A stretch of 64,000 nucleotides of DNA from Eledone cirrhosa (taxonomy: Eukaryota). Location of the stretch: positions 53,010,001 to 53,074,000 of the forward strand of contig OZ024751.1 of the NCBI GenBank assembly GCA_964016885.1, written 5' to 3'. This document shows, in pieces, positions 17,301 through 34,318 of the stretch (within the stretch, counting starts at the first letter, position 1; each line of letters begins with the position of its first letter). The translations under genes were made by a program, and so were the position numbers. The notes beneath the pieces were generated by a model. It was not told the origin of the DNA. It worked only from the letters and a program-made list of their open reading frames with translations, and made no database searches.

Positions 17301-20300
17301 CTCTGTCAAGTAACATACACCACTGATATAACTTCCACATCTAACCTACTCCTTACTCTGTCAACTAACATACACCAGTGATATAACTTCCACATCTAAC
17401 CATCTCCTTACTCTGTCAACTAACATACACCAGTGATATAACTTCCATATCTAACCTCCTTACTCTGTCAACTAACATACACCAGTGATATAACTTCCAC
17501 ATCTAACCTCCTTACTCTGTCAACTAACATACACCAGGGATATAACTTCCACATCTAACCTCCTTACTCTGTCAACTAAGATACACCAGTGATGTAACTG
17601 CCACATTTAACCTTCTTACTCTGTCAACTAACATACACCAATGATATAACTTCCACATCTAACCTTTTCCTTACTCTGTCAACTAACATACACCAGTGAT
17701 ATAACTTCCACATCTAACCTTCTCCTTACTCTGTCAACTAACATACACCAGTGATATAACTTCCACATCTAACCTTCTCATTACTCTGTTAACTAACATA
17801 CACCAGTGATATAACTTCCACATCTAACCTTCTCCTTACTCTGTCAACTAACATACACCAGTGATATAACTTCCACATCTAACCTTCTCCTTACTCTGTC
17901 AACTAACATACACCAGTGATATACCTTCCACATCTAACCTCCTTACCCTGTCAACTAACATACACCAGTGATGTAACTGCCACATTTAACCTTCTTACTC
18001 TGTCAACTAACATACACCAATGATATACCTTCCACATCTAACCTTCTCATTACTCTGTTAACTAACATACACCAGTGATATAACTTCCACATCTAACCTC
18101 CTTACCCTGTCAACTAACATACACCAGTGATATAACTTCCACATCTAACCTTCTCCTCTACTCTGTCAACTAACATACACCAGTGATATAACTTCCACAT
18201 CTAACCTCCTTACTCTGTCAACTAACATACACCAGTGATGTAACTTCCACATCTAACCTTCTCCTTACTCTGTTAACTAACATACACCGGTGATATAACT
18301 TCCACATCTAACCTCCTTACTCTGTCAACTAAGATACACCAGTGATATAACTTCCACATCTAACCTTCTCACTACTCTGTCAATTAACATACACCAGTGA
18401 TATAACTTCCATATCTAACCTTCTCCTTACTCTGTTAACTAACATACACCAGTGATATAACTTCCACATCTAACCTCCTTACTCTGTCAACTAAGATACA
18501 CCAGTGATATAACTGCCACATTTAACCTTCTCCTTACTCTGTTAACTAACATACACCAGTGATATAACTTCCACATCTAACCTCCTTACTCTGTCAACTA
18601 ACATACACCAGTAATATAACTTCCACATCTAACCTTCTGCTTACTCTGTTAACTAACATACACCAGTGATATAACTTCCACATCTAACCTTCTTACTCTG
18701 TCAACTAATATACACCAGTGATGTAACTGCCACATTTAACCTTCTTACTCTGTCAACTAACATACACCAATGATATAACTTCCACATCTAACCTTCTCCT
18801 TACTCTGTCAACTAACATACACCAGTGATATAACTTCCATATCTAACCTTCTCCTTACTCTTCAACTAACATACACCAGTGATATAACTTCCACATCTAA
18901 CCTTCTCCTTACTCTGTTAACTAACATACACCAGTGATATAACTTCCACATCTAACCTCCTTACTCTGTCAACTAAGATACACCAGTGATATAACTGCCA
19001 CATTTAACCTTCTCCTTACTCTGTTAACTAACATACACCAGTGATATAACTTCCACATCTAACCTCCTTACTCTGTCAACTAACATACACCAGTAATATA
19101 ACTTCCACATCTAACCTTCTGCTTACTCTGTTAACTAACATACACCAGTGATATAACTTCCACATCTAACCTCCTTACTCTGTCAACTAAGATACACCAG
19201 TGATGTAACTGCCACATTTAACCTTCTTACTCTGTCAACTAACATACACCAATGATATAAGTTCCACATCTAACCTTTTCCTTACTCTGTCAACTAACAT
19301 ACACCAGTGATATAACTTCCACATCTAACCTTCTCACTACTCTGTCAATTAACGTACACCAGTGATATAACTTCCACATTTAACCTTCTTACTCTGTCAA
19401 CTAACATACACCAGTGATATAACTTCCACGTCTAACCTTCTTACTCTGTCAACTAACATACACCAATGTTATAACTTCCACATCTAACCTCCTTACTCTG
19501 TCAACTAACATACACCAGTGATATAACTTCCACATCTAACTTCCTTACTCTGTCAACTAACATACACCAGTGATGTAACTGCCACATCTAACCTTCTCCT
19601 TACTCTGTCACCTAACATACACCAGTGATATAACTTCCACATCTAACCTTCTCCTTACTCTGTCAACTAACATACACCAGTGATATAAATTCCACATCTA
19701 ACCTTCTCCTTACTCTGTCAACTAACATACACCAGTGATATAACTTCCACATCTAACCTTCTCCTTACTCGGTCAACTAACATACACCAGTGATATAACT
19801 TCCACATCTAACCTTCTCCTTACTCTGTCAACTAACATACACCAGTGATATAAATTCCACATCTAACCTTCTCCTTACTCTGTCAACTAACATACACCAG
19901 TGATATAACTTCCACATCTAACCTTCTTACTCTGTCAACTAACATACACCAGTGATATAACTTCCACATCTGACCTCCTTACTCTGTCAACTAACATACA
20001 CCAGCGATATAACTTCCACATCTAACCATCTCCTTACGCTGTCAACTAACATACACCAGTGATATAACTTCCACATCTAACCTCCTTACTCTGTCAACTA
20101 ACATACACCAGTGATATAACTTCCACAGCTAACATTCTCCTTACTCTGTTAACTAACATACACCAGTGATATAACTTCCACATCTAACCTCCTTACTCTG
20201 TCATCTAACATACATCAGTGATGTAACTGCCACATTTAACCTTCTTACTCTGTCAAGTAACATACACCACTGATATAACTTCCACATCTAAACTTCTCCT

Positions 20301-21199
20301 TACTCTGTCAACTAACATACACCAGTGATATAACTTCCACATCTAACCATCTCCTTACTCTGTCAACTAACATACACCAGTGATATAACTTCCACATCTA
20401 ACCTTCTCCTTACTCTGTCAACTAACATACACCAGTGATATAACTTCCACATCTAACCTTCTCCTTACTCTGTCAACTAACATACACCAGTGATATAACT
20501 TCCACGTCTAACCATCTCCTTACTCTGTCAACTAACATACACCAGTGATATAACTTCCACATCTAACCTTCTCCTTACTCTGTCAACTAACATACACCAG
20601 TGATATAACTTCCACATCTAACCTCCTTACTCTGTCAACTAACATACACCAGTGATATAACTTCCACATCTAACCTCCTTACTCTGTCAACTAACATACA
20701 CCAGCGATATAACTTCCATATCTAACCATCTCCTTACGCTGTCAACTAACATACACCAGTGATATAACTTCCACATCTAACCTCCTTACTCTGTCAACTA
20801 ACATACACCAGTGATATAACTGCCACAGCTAACCTTCTCCTTACTCTGTTAACTAACATACACCAGTGACATAACTTCCACATTTAACGTTCTTACTCTG
20901 TCAATTAATATACACCAGTGATATAACTTCCACATCTAACCTTCTTACTCTGTCAACTAACATACACCAGTGATGTAACTGCCACATTTAACCCTCTTAC
21001 TCTGTCAACTAACATACACCAATGATATAACTTCCACATCTAACCTTCTCCTTACTCTGTCACCTAACATACACCAGTGATATAACTTCCACATTTAACC
21101 TTCTCCTTACTCTGTCAACTAACATACACCAGTGATATAACTTCCACATCTAACCTTCTCCTTACTCTGTCAACTAACATACACCAGTGATATAACTTC

Positions 21200-24100
21200 C
21201 ACATCTGACCTCCTTACTCTGTCAACTAACATACACCAGTGATATAACTTCCACATCTCACCTCCTTACTCTGTCAACTAACATACACCAGTGATATAAC
21301 TTCCACATCTAACCTTCTCCTTACTCTGTCAACTAACATACACCACTGATATAACTTCCACATCTAACCTTCTCCTTACTCTGTCAACTAACATACACCA
21401 GTGATATAACTTCCACATCTGACCTCCTTACTCTGTCAACTAACATACACCAGTGATGTAACTGCCACATTTAACCTTCTTACTCTGTCAACTAACATAC
21501 ACCAGTGATATAACTTCCACATCTAACCTTCTCCTTACTCGGTCAACTAACATACACCAGTGATATAACTTCCACATCTAACCTTCGCCTTACTCTGTCA
21601 ACTAACATACACCAGTGATATAAATTGCACATCTAACCTTCTCCTTACTCTGTCAATTAACATACACCAGTGACATAACTTCCACATTTAACCTTCTTAC
21701 TCTGTCAACTAATATACACCAGTGATATAACTTCCACATCTAACCTTCTCCTTACTCTGTCAACTAACATACACCAGTGATATAACTTCCACATCTAACC
21801 TTCTCCTTACTCTGTCAACTAACATACACCAGTGATATAACTTCCACATCTAACATTCTCCTTACTCTGTTAACTAACATACACCAGTGATATAACTTCC
21901 ACATCTAACCTCCTTACACTGTCAACTAAGATAAACCAGTGATATAACTGCCACATTTAACCTTCTCCTTACTCTGTTAACTAACATACACCAGTGATAT
22001 AACTTCCACATCTAACCTTCTCACTACTCTGTCAATTAACATACACCAGTGACATAACTTCCACATTTAACCTTCTTACTCTGTCAACTAATATACACCA
22101 GTGATATAACTTCCACATCTAACCTTCTTACTCTGTCAACTAACATACACCAGTGATGTAACTGTCACATTTAACCTTCTTACTCTGTCAACTAACATAC
22201 ACCAATGATATAACTTCCACATCTAACCTTCTCCTTACTCTGTCACCTAACATACACCAGTGATATAACTTCCACATCTAACCTTCTCCTTACTCTGTCA
22301 ACTAACATACACCAGTGATATAACTTCCACATCTGACCTCCTTACTCTGTCAACTAACATACACCAGTGATATAACTTCACATATAACCTCCTTACTCTG
22401 TCAACTAACATACACCAGTGATATAACTTCCACATCTAACCTTCTCCTTACTCTGTCAACTAACATACACCACTGATATAACTTCCACATCTAACCTTCT
22501 CCTTACTCTGTCAACTAACATACACCAGTGATATAACTTCCACATCTAACCTTCTCCTTACTCTGTCAACTAACATACACCACTGATATAACTTCCACAT
22601 CTAACCTTCTCCTCACTCTGTTAACTAACATACAACAGTGATATAACTTCCACATCTAACCTCCTTACTCTGTCAACTAACATACACCAGTGATATAACT
22701 TCCACATCTAACCTCCTTACTCTGTCAACTAACATACACCAGTGATGTAACTGCCACATTTAACCTTCTCCTTACTCGGTCAACTAACATACAACAGTGA
22801 TATAACTTCCACATCTAACCTCCTTACTCTGTCAACTAACATACAACAGTGATATAACTTCCACATGTAACCTCCTTACTCTGTCAACTAACATACACCA
22901 GTGATGTAACTGCCACATTTATCCTTCTTACTCTGTCAACTAACATACACTAGTGATATAACTTCCACATCTAACCTCCTTACTCTGTCAACTAAGATAC
23001 ACCAGTGATGTAACTGCCACATTTAACCTTCTTACTCTGCAACTAACATACACCAATGATATAACTTCCACATCTAACCTTTTCCTTACTCTGTCAACTA
23101 ACATACACCAGTGATATAACTTCCACATCTAACCTTCTCCTTACTCTGTTAACTAACATACACCAGTGATATAACTTCCACATCTAACCTCCTTACTCTG
23201 TCAACTAACATACACCAGTGATGTAACTGCCACATTTAACCTTCTTACTCTGTCAACTAACATACACCAATGATATAACTTCCACATCTAACCTTCTCCT
23301 TACTCTGTCAACTAACATACACCAGTGATATAACTTCCACATCTAACCTCCTTACTCTGTCAACTAACATACACCAGTGATATAACTTCCACATCTGACC
23401 TCCTTACTCTGTCAACTAACATACACCAGTGATATAACTTCCACATCTCACCTCCTTACTCTGTCAACTAACATACACCAGTGATATAACTTCCACATCT
23501 CACCTCCTTACTCTGTCAACTAACATACACCAGTGATATAACTTCCACATCTAACCTTCTCCTTACTCTGTCAACTAACATACACCACTGATATAACTTC
23601 CACATCTAACCTTCTCCTTACTCTGTCAACTAACATACACCAGTGATATAACTTCCACATCTGACCTCCTTACTCTGTCAACTAACATACACCAGTGATG
23701 TAACTGCCACATTTAACCTTCTTACTCTGTCAACTAACATACACCAGTGATATAACTTCCACATCTAACCTTCTCCTTACTCGGTCAACTAACATACACC
23801 AGTGATATAACTTCCACATCTAACCTTCTCCTTACTCTGTCAACTAACATACACCAGTGATATAAATTGCACATCTAACCTTCTCCTTACTCTGTCAATT
23901 AACATACACCAGTGACATAACTTCCACATTTAACCTTCTTACTCTGTCAACTAATATACACCAGTGATATAACTTCCACATCTAACCTTCTCCTTACTCT
24001 GTCAACTAACATACACCAGTGATATAACTTCCACATCTAACCTTCTCCTTACTCTGTCAACTAACATACACCAGTGATATAACTTCCACATCTAACATTC

Positions 24101-26850
24101 TCCTTACTCTGTTAACTAACATACACCAGTGATATAACTTCCACATCTAACCTCCTTACACTGTCAACTAAGATAAACCAGTGATATAACTGCCACATTT
24201 AACCTTCTCCTTACTCTGTTAACTAACATACACCAGTGATATAACTTCCACATCTAACCTTCTCACTACTCTGTCAATTAACATACACCAGTGACATAAC
24301 TTCCACATTTAACCTTCTTACTCTGTCAACTAATATACACCAGTGATATAACTTCCACATCTAACCTTCTTACTCTGTCAACTAACATACACCAGTGATG
24401 TAACTGTCACATTTAACCTTCTTACTCTGTCAACTAACATACACCAATGATATAACTTCCACATCTAACCTTCTCCTTACTCTGTCACCTAACATACACC
24501 AGTGATATAACTTCCACATCTAACCTTCTCCTTACTCTGTCAACTAACATACACCAGTGATATAACTTCCACATCTGACCTTCTTACTCTGTCAACTAAC
24601 ATACACCAGTGATATAACTTCACATATAACCTCCTTACTCTGTCAACTAACATACACCAGTGATATAACTTCCACATCTAACCTTCTCCTTACTCTGTCA
24701 ACTAACATACACCACTGATATAACTTCCACATCTAACCTTCTCCTTACTCTGTCAACTAACATACACCAGTGATATAACTTCCACATCTAACCTTCTCCT
24801 TACTCTGTCAACTAACATACACCACTGATATAACTTCCACATCTAACCTTCTCCTCACTCTGTTAACTAACATACAACAGTGATATAACTTCCACATCTA
24901 ACCTCCTTACTCTGTCAACTAACATACACCAGTGATATAACTTCCACATCTAACCTCCTTACTCTGTCAACTAACATACACCAGTGATGTAACTGCCACA
25001 TTTAACCTTCTCCTTACTCGGTCAACTAACATACAACAGTGATATAACTTCCACATGTAACCTCCTTACTCTGTCAACTAACATACACCAGTGATGTAAC
25101 TGCCACATTTATCCTTCTTACTCTGTCAACTAACATACACCAGTGATATAACTTCCACATGTAACGTCCTTACTCTGTCAACTAACATACACCAGTGATA
25201 CAACTGCCACAGCTAACCTTCTCCTTACTCTGTTAACTAACATACACCAGTGATATAACTTCCACATCTAACCTTCTTACTCTGTCAACTAGCATACACC
25301 ACTGATATAACTTCCACATCTAACCTTCTCCTTACTCTGTTAACTAACATACACCAGTGATATAACTTCCACATCTAACCTCCTTACTCTGTCAACTAAG
25401 ATACACCAGTGATGTAACTGCCACATTTAACCTTCTTACTCTGCAACTAACATACACCAATGATATAACTTCCACATCTAACCTTTTCCTTACTCTGTCA
25501 ACTAACATACACCAGTGATATAACTTCCACATCTAACCTTCTCCTTACTCTGTTAACTAACATACACCAGTGATATAACTTCCACATCTAACCTCCTTAC
25601 TCTGTCAACTAACATACACCAGTGATGTAACTGCCACATTTAACCTTCTTACTCTGTCAACTAACATACACCAATGATATAACTTCCACATCTAACCTTC
25701 TCCTTACTCTGTCAACTAACATACACCAGTGATATAACTTCCACATCTAACCTCCTTACTCTGTCAACTAACATACACCAGTGATATAACTTCCACATCT
25801 GACCTCCTTACTCTGTCAACTAACATACACCAGTGATATAACTTCCACATCTAACCTTCTCCTCTACTCGGTCAACTAACATACACCAGTGATATAACTT
25901 CCACATCTAACCTCCTTACTCTGTTAACTAACATACACCAGTGATATAACTTCCACATCTAACCTTCTCCTTACTCTGTTAACTAACATACACCAGTGAT
26001 ATAACTTCCACATCTCACCTCCTTACTCTGTCAACTAACATACACCAGTGATATAACTTCCACATCTAACCTTCTCCTTACTCTGTCAACTAACATACAC
26101 CACTGATATAACTTCCACATCTAACCTTCTCCTTACTCTGTCAACTAACATACACCAGTGATATAACTTCCACATCTGACCTCCTTACTCTGTCAACTAA
26201 CATACACCAGTGATGTAACTGCCACATTTAACCTTCTTACTCTGTCAACTAACATACACCAGTGATATAACTTCCACATCTAACCTTCTCCTTACTCTGT
26301 CAACTAACATACACCAGTGATATAACTTCCACATCTAACCTTCTCCTTACTCTGTCAACTAACATACACCAGTGATATAACTTCCACATCTAACATTCTC
26401 CTTACTCTGTTAACTAACATACACCAGTGATATAACTTCCACATCTAACCTCCTTACACTGTCAACTAAGATAAACCAGTGATATAACTGCCACATTTAA
26501 CCTTCTCCTTACTCTGTTAACTAACATACACCAGTGATATAACTTCCACATCTAACCTTCTCACTACTCTGTCAATTAACATACACCAGTGACATAACTT
26601 CCACATTTAACCTTCTTACTCTGTCAACTAATATACACCAGTGATATAACTTCCACATCTAACCTTCTTACTCTGTCAACTAACATACACCAGTGATGTA
26701 ACTGTCACATTTAACCTTCTTACTCTGTCAACTAACATACACCAATGATATAACTTCCACATCTAACCTTCTCCTTACTCTGTCACCTAACATACACCAG
26801 TGATATAACTTCCACATCTAACCTTCTCCTTACTCTGTCAACTAACATAC
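21200..26850. repeat. Higher-order repeat, period about 2.24-2.30 kb (two copies plus a partial third)
   Basis: AAATTGCAC at 21627/23869 and TTCACATATAA at 22380/24622 (offset 2242). TAAGATAAACC at 21930, 24172 and 26470. Confidence 0.85.
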
Positions 26851-29800
26851 ACCAGTGATATAACTTCCGCATCTAAACTTCTCCTTACTCTGTCAACTAA
26901 CATACACCAGTGATATAACTTCCACATCTAACCATCTCATTACTCTGTCAACTAACATACACCAGTGATGTAACTGCCACATTTAACCTTCTTACTCTGT
27001 CAACTAACATACACCAATGATATAACTTCCACATCTAACCTTCTCCTTACTCTGTCACCTAACATACACCAGTGATATAACTTCCACATCTAACCTTCTC
27101 CTCACTCTGTTAACTAACATACAACAGTGATATAACTTCCACATCTAACCTCCTTACTCTGTCAACTAACATACACCAGTGATATAACTTCCACATCTAA
27201 CCTCCTTACTCTGTCAACTAACATACACCAGTGATGTAACTGCCACATTTAACCTTCTCCTTACTCGGTCAACTAACATACAACAGTGATATAACTTCCA
27301 CATCTAACCTCCTTACTCTGTCAACTAACATACACCAGTGATATAACTTCCACGTCTAACCTCCTTACTCTGTCAACTAAGATACACCAGTGATATACCT
27401 GCCACATTTAACCTTATTACTCTGTCAACTAACATACACCAGTGATATAACTTCCACATCTAACCTTCTCCTCACTCTGTTAACTAACATACAACAGTGA
27501 TATAACTTCCACATCTAACCTCCTTACTCTGTCAATTAACATACACCAGTGATATAACTTCCACATCTAACCTTCTCCTTACACTGTCAACTAACATACA
27601 CCAGTGATATAACTTCCACATCTAACCTTCTCCTTACTCTGTCAACTAACATACACCAGTGATATAACTTCCACATCTAACCTTCTCCTTACTCTGTTAA
27701 CTAACATACACCAGTGATGTAACTGTCACATTTAACCTTCTCCTTACTCTGTTAACTAACATACACCAGTGATATAACTTCCACATGTAACCTTCTTACT
27801 CTGTCAACTAACATACACCAATGATATAACTTCCACATCTAACCTTTTCCTTACTCTGTCAACTAACATACACCAGTGATATAACTTCCACATCTAACCT
27901 TCTCCTCTACTCTGTCAACTAACATACACCAGTGATATAACTTCCACATCTAACCTCCTTACTCTGTTAACTAACATACACCAGTGATATAACTTCCACA
28001 TCTAACCTTCTCCTTACTCTGTTAACTAACATACACCAGTGATGTAACTGTCACATTTAACCTTCTCCTTACTCTGTTAACTAACATACACCAGTGATAT
28101 AACTTCCACATCTAACCTTCTTACTCTGTCAACTAGCATACACCACTGATATAACTTCCACATCTAACCTTCTCCTTACTCTGTTAACTAACATACACCA
28201 GTGATATAACTTCCACATCTAACCTCCTTACTCTGTCAACTAAGATACACCAGTGATGTAACTGCCACATTTAACCTTCTTACTCTGCAACTAACATACA
28301 CCAATGATATAACTTCCACATCTAACCTTTTCCTTACTCTGTCAACTAACATACACCAGTGATATAACTTCCACATCTAACCTTCTCCTTACTCTGTTAA
28401 CTAACATACACCAGTGATATAACTTCCACATCTAACCTCCTTACTCTGTCAACTAACATACACCAGTGATGTAACTGCCACATTTAACCTTCTTACTCTG
28501 TCAACTAACATACACCAATGATATAACTTCCACATCTAACCTTCTCCTTACTCTGTCAACTAACATACACCAGTGATATAACTTCCACATCTAACCTCCT
28601 TACTCTGTCAACTAACATACACCAGTGATATAACTTCCACATCTGACCTCCTTACTCTGTCAACTAACATACACCAGTGATATAACTTCCACATCTAACC
28701 TTCTCCTCTACTCGGTCAACTAACATACACCAGTGATATAACTTCCACATCTAACCTCCTTACTCTGTCAATTAACATACACCAGTGATATAACTTCCAC
28801 ATCTAACCTTCTCCTTACACTGTCAACTAACATACACCAGTGATATAACTTCCACATCTAACCTTCTCCTTACTCTGTCAACTAACATACACCAGTGATA
28901 TAACTTCCACATCTAACCTTCTCCTTACTCTGTCAACTAACCTACACCAGTGATATAACTTCCACATTTAACCTTCTCCTTACTCTGTTAACTAACATAC
29001 ACCAGTGATATAACTTCCACATCTAACCTTCTCACTACTCTGTCAATTAACATACACCAGTGACATAACTTCCACATTTAACCTTCTTACTCTGTCAACT
29101 AATATACACCAGTGATATAACTTCCACATCTAACCTTCTTACTCTGTCAACTAACATACACCAGTGATGTAACTGCCACATTTAACCTTCTTACTCTGTC
29201 AACTAACATACACCAATGATATAACTTCCACATCTAACCTTCTCCTTACTCTGTCACCTAACATACACCAGTGATATAACTTCCACATCTAACCTTCTCC
29301 TTACTCTGTCAACTAACATACACCAGTGATATAACTTCCACATCTAACCTTCTCCTTACTCTGTCAACTAACATACACCACTGATATAACTTCCACATCT
29401 AACCTTCTCCTCACTCTGTTAACTAACATACAACAGTGATATAACTTCCACATCTAACCTCCTTACTCTGTCAACTAACATACACCAGTGATGTAACTGC
29501 CACATTTAACCTTCTCCTTACTCGGTCAACTAACATACAACAGTGATATAACTTCCACATCTAACCTCCTTACTCTGTCAACTAACATACAACAGTGATA
29601 TAACTTCCACATCTAACCTCCTTACTCTGTCAACTAACATACACCAGTGATGTAACTGCCACATTTAACCTTCTTACTCTGTCAACTAACATACACCAGT
29701 GATATAACTTCCACATCTAACCTTCTCCTTACTCTGTCAACTAACATACACCAGTGATATAAATTCCACATCTAACCTTCTCCTTACTCTGTCAACTAAC

Positions 29801-30754
29801 ATACACCAGTGATATAACTTCCACCTCTAACCTCCTTACTCTGTCAACTAACATACACCAGTGATATAACTTCCACATCTGACCTCCTTACTCTGTCAAC
29901 TAACATACACCAGCGATATAACTTCCACATCTAACCATCTCCTTACGCTGTCAACTAACATACACCAGTGATATAACTTCCACATCTAACGTCCTTACTC
30001 TGTCAACTAACATACACCAGTGATATAACTGCCACAGCTAACCTTCTCCTTACTCTGTTAACTAACATACACCAATGATATAACTTCCACATCTAACCTT
30101 CTTACTGTGTCAACTAGCATACACCACTGATATAACTTCCACATCTAACCTTCTTACTCTGTCAACTAACATACACCAGTGATATAACTTTCACATCTAA
30201 CCTCCTTACTCTGTCAACTAACATACACCAGTGATATAACTTCCACATCTAACGTTCTCCTTACTCTGTTAACTAACATACACCAGTGATATAATTTCCA
30301 CATCTAACCTCCTTACTCTGTCAACTAAGATACACCAGTGATGTAACTGCCACATTTAACCTTCTTACTCTGTCAACTAACATACACCAATGATATAACT
30401 TCCACATCTAACCTTTTCCTTACTCTGTCAACTAACATACACCAGTGATATAACTTCCACATCTAACCTTCTCCTTACTCTGTTAACTAACATACACCAG
30501 TGATATAACTTCCACATCTAACCTCCTTACTCTGTCAACTAAGATACACCAGTGATGTAACTGCCACATTTAACCTTCTTACTCTGTCAACTAACATACA
30601 CCAATGATATAACTTCCACATCTAACCTTTTCCTTACTCTGTCAACTAACATACACCAGTGATATAACTTCCACATCTAACCTTCTCCTCTACTCTGTCA
30701 ACTAACATACACCAGTGATATAACTTCCACATCTAACCTCCTTACTCTGTTAAC

Positions 30755-33700
30755 TAACATACACCAGTGATATAACTTCCACATCTAACCTTCTCCTTAC
30801 TCTGTTAACTAACATACACCAGTGATATAACTTCCACATCTAACCTTCTCACTACTCTGTCAATTAACATACACCAGTGATATAACTTCCACATTTAACC
30901 TCCTTACTCTGTCAACTAACATACACCAGTGATGTAACTGCCACATTTAACCTTCTTACTCTGTCAACTAACATACACCAGTAATATAACTTCCACATCT
31001 AACCTTCTCCTTACTCTGTCACCTAACATACACCAGTGATATAACTTCCACATCTAACCTCCTTACTCTGTCAACTAACATACACCAGTGATATAACTTC
31101 CGCATCTAACCTTCTCCTTACTCTGTCAACTAACATACACCAGTGATATAACTTCCACATCTAACCTTCTCCTTACTCTGTCAACTAACATACACCAGTG
31201 ATATAACTTCCACATCTAACCATCTCCTTACTCTGTCAACTAACATACATCAGCGATATAACTTCCACATCTAACCTTCTCACTACTCTGTCAATTAGCA
31301 TACACCAGTGATATAACTTCCACATCTAACCTTCTCACTACTCTGTCAATTAGCATACACCAGTGATATAACTTCCACATCTAACTTCCTTACTCTGTCA
31401 ACTAACATACACCAGTGATGTAACTGTCACATTTAACCTTCTTACTCTGTCAACTAACATACACCACTGATATAACTTCCACATCTAACCTTCTCCTTAC
31501 TCTGTCAACTAACCTACACCAGTGATATAACTTCCACATTTAACCTTCTTACTCTGTCAACTAACATACACAAGTGATATAACTTCCACATCTGACCTCC
31601 TTACTCTGTTAACTAACATACAACAGTGATATAACTTCCACATCTAACCTCCTTACTCTGTCAACTAACATACACCAGTGATATAACTTCCACATCTAAC
31701 CTTCTCATTACACTGTCAACTAACATACACCAGTGATATAACTTCCACATCTAACATTCTCCTTACTCTGTCAACTAACATACACCAGTGATATAACTTC
31801 CACATCTAACCTTCTCCTTACTCTGTTAACTAACATACACCAGTGATGTAACTGTCACATTTAACCTTCTTACTCTGTCAACTAACATACACCACTGATA
31901 TAACTTCCACATCTAACCTTCTCCTTACTCTGTCAACTAACCTACACCAGTGATATAACTTCCACATTTAACCTTCTTACTCTGTCAACTAACATACACC
32001 AGCGATATAACTTCCACATCTAACCATCTCCTTACGCTGTCAACTAACATACACCAGTGATATAACTTCCACATCTAACCTCCTTACTCTGTCAACTAAT
32101 ATACACCAGTGATGTACCTGCCACATTTAACCTTCTTACTCTGTCAACTAACATACACCAATGATATAACTTCCACATCTAACCTCCTCCTTACTCTGTC
32201 AACTAACATACACCAGTGATATAACTTCCACATCTAACCTTCTCCTTACTCTGTTAACTAATATACACCAGTGATATAACTTCCACATTTAACCTTCTTA
32301 CTCTGTCAACTAACATACACCAGTGATATAACTTCCACATCTAACCTTCTTACTCTGTCAACTAACATACACCAATGTTATAACTTCCACATCTAACCTC
32401 CTTACTCTGTCAACTAACATACACCAGTGATATAACTTCCACATCTAACCTCCTTACTCTGTCAACTAAGATACACCAGTGATATAACTGCCACATTTAA
32501 CCTTCTTACTCTGTCAACTAACATACACCAGTGATATAACTTCCACATCTAACCTTCTCCTTACTCTGTTAACTAACATACACCAGTGATATAACTTCCA
32601 CATCTAACCTTCTCACTACTCTGTCAATTAACATACACCAGTGATATAACTTCCACATTTAACCTCCTTACTCTGTCAACTAACATACACCAGTGATGTA
32701 ACTGCCACATTTAACCTTCTTACTCTGTCAACTAACATACACCAGTAATATAACTTCCACATCTAACCTTCTCCTTACTCTGTCACCTAACATACACCAG
32801 TGATATAACTTCCACATCTAACCTCCTTACTCTGTCAACTAACATACACCAGTGATATAACTTCCGCATCTAACCTTCTCCTTACTCTGTCAACTAACAT
32901 ACACCAGTGATATAACTTCCACATCTAACCTTCTCCTTACTCTGTCAACTAACATACACCAGTGATATAACTTCCACATCTAACCATCTCCTTACTCTGT
33001 CAACTAACATACATCAGCGATATAACTTCCACATCTAACCTTCTCACTACTCTGTCAATTAGCATACACCAGTGATATAACTTCCACATCTAACCTTCTC
33101 ACTACTCTGTCAATTAGCATACACCAGTGATATAACTTCCACATCTAACTTCCTTACTCTGTCAACTAACATACACCAGTGATGTAACTGTCACATTTAA
33201 CCTTCTTACTCTGTCAACTAACATACACCACTGATATAACTTCCACATCTAACCTTCTCCTTACTCTGTCAACTAACCTACACCAGTGATATAACTTCCA
33301 CATTTAACCTTCTTACTCTGTCAACTAACATACACAAGTGATATAACTTCCACATCTGACCTCCTTACTCTGTTAACTAACATACAACAGTGATATAACT
33401 TCCACATCTAACCTCCTTACTCTGTCAACTAACATACACCAGTGATATAACTTCCACATCTAACCTTCTCATTACACTGTCAACTAACATACACCAGTGA
33501 TATAACTTCCACATCTAACATTCTCCTTACTCTGTCAACTAACATACACCAGTGATATAACTTCCACATCTAACCTTCTCCTTACTCTGTTAACTAACAT
33601 ACACCAGTGATGTAACTGTCACATTTAACCTTCTTACTCTGTCAACTAACATACACCACTGATATAACTTCCACATCTAACCTTCTCCTTACTCTGTCAA

Positions 33701-34318
33701 CTAACCTACACCAGTGATATAACTTCCACATTTAACCTTCTTACTCTGTCAACTAACATACACCAGCGATATAACTTCCACATCTAACCATCTCCTTACG
33801 CTGTCAACTAACATACACCAGTGATATAACTTCCACATCTAACCTCCTTACTCTGTCAACTAATATACACCAGTGATGTACCTGCCACATTTAACCTTCT
33901 TACTCTGTCAACTAACATACACCAATGATATAACTTCCACATCTAACCTCCTCCTTACTCTGTCAACTAACATACACCAGTGATATAACTTCCACATCTA
34001 ACCTTCTCCTTACTCTGTTAACTAATATACACCAGTGATATAACTTCCACATTTAACCTTCTTACTCTGTCAACTAACATACACCAGTGATATAACTTCC
34101 ACATCTAACCTTCTTACTCTGTCAACTAACATACACCAATGTTATAACTTCCACATCTAACCTCCTTACTCTGTCAACTAACATACACCAGTGATATAAC
34201 TTCCACATCTAACCTCCTTACTCTGTCAACTAAGATACACCAGTGATATAACTGCCACATTTAACCTTCTTACTCTGTCAACTAACATACACCAGTGATA
34301 TAACTTCCACATCTAACC
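30755..34318. repeat. Tandem duplication of a 1764-bp satellite multimer
   Basis: Markers TACATCAGCG 31250/33014, CACAAGTG 31574/33338 and ACTAAG 32470/34234 all sit at offset 1764. Confidence 0.9.
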
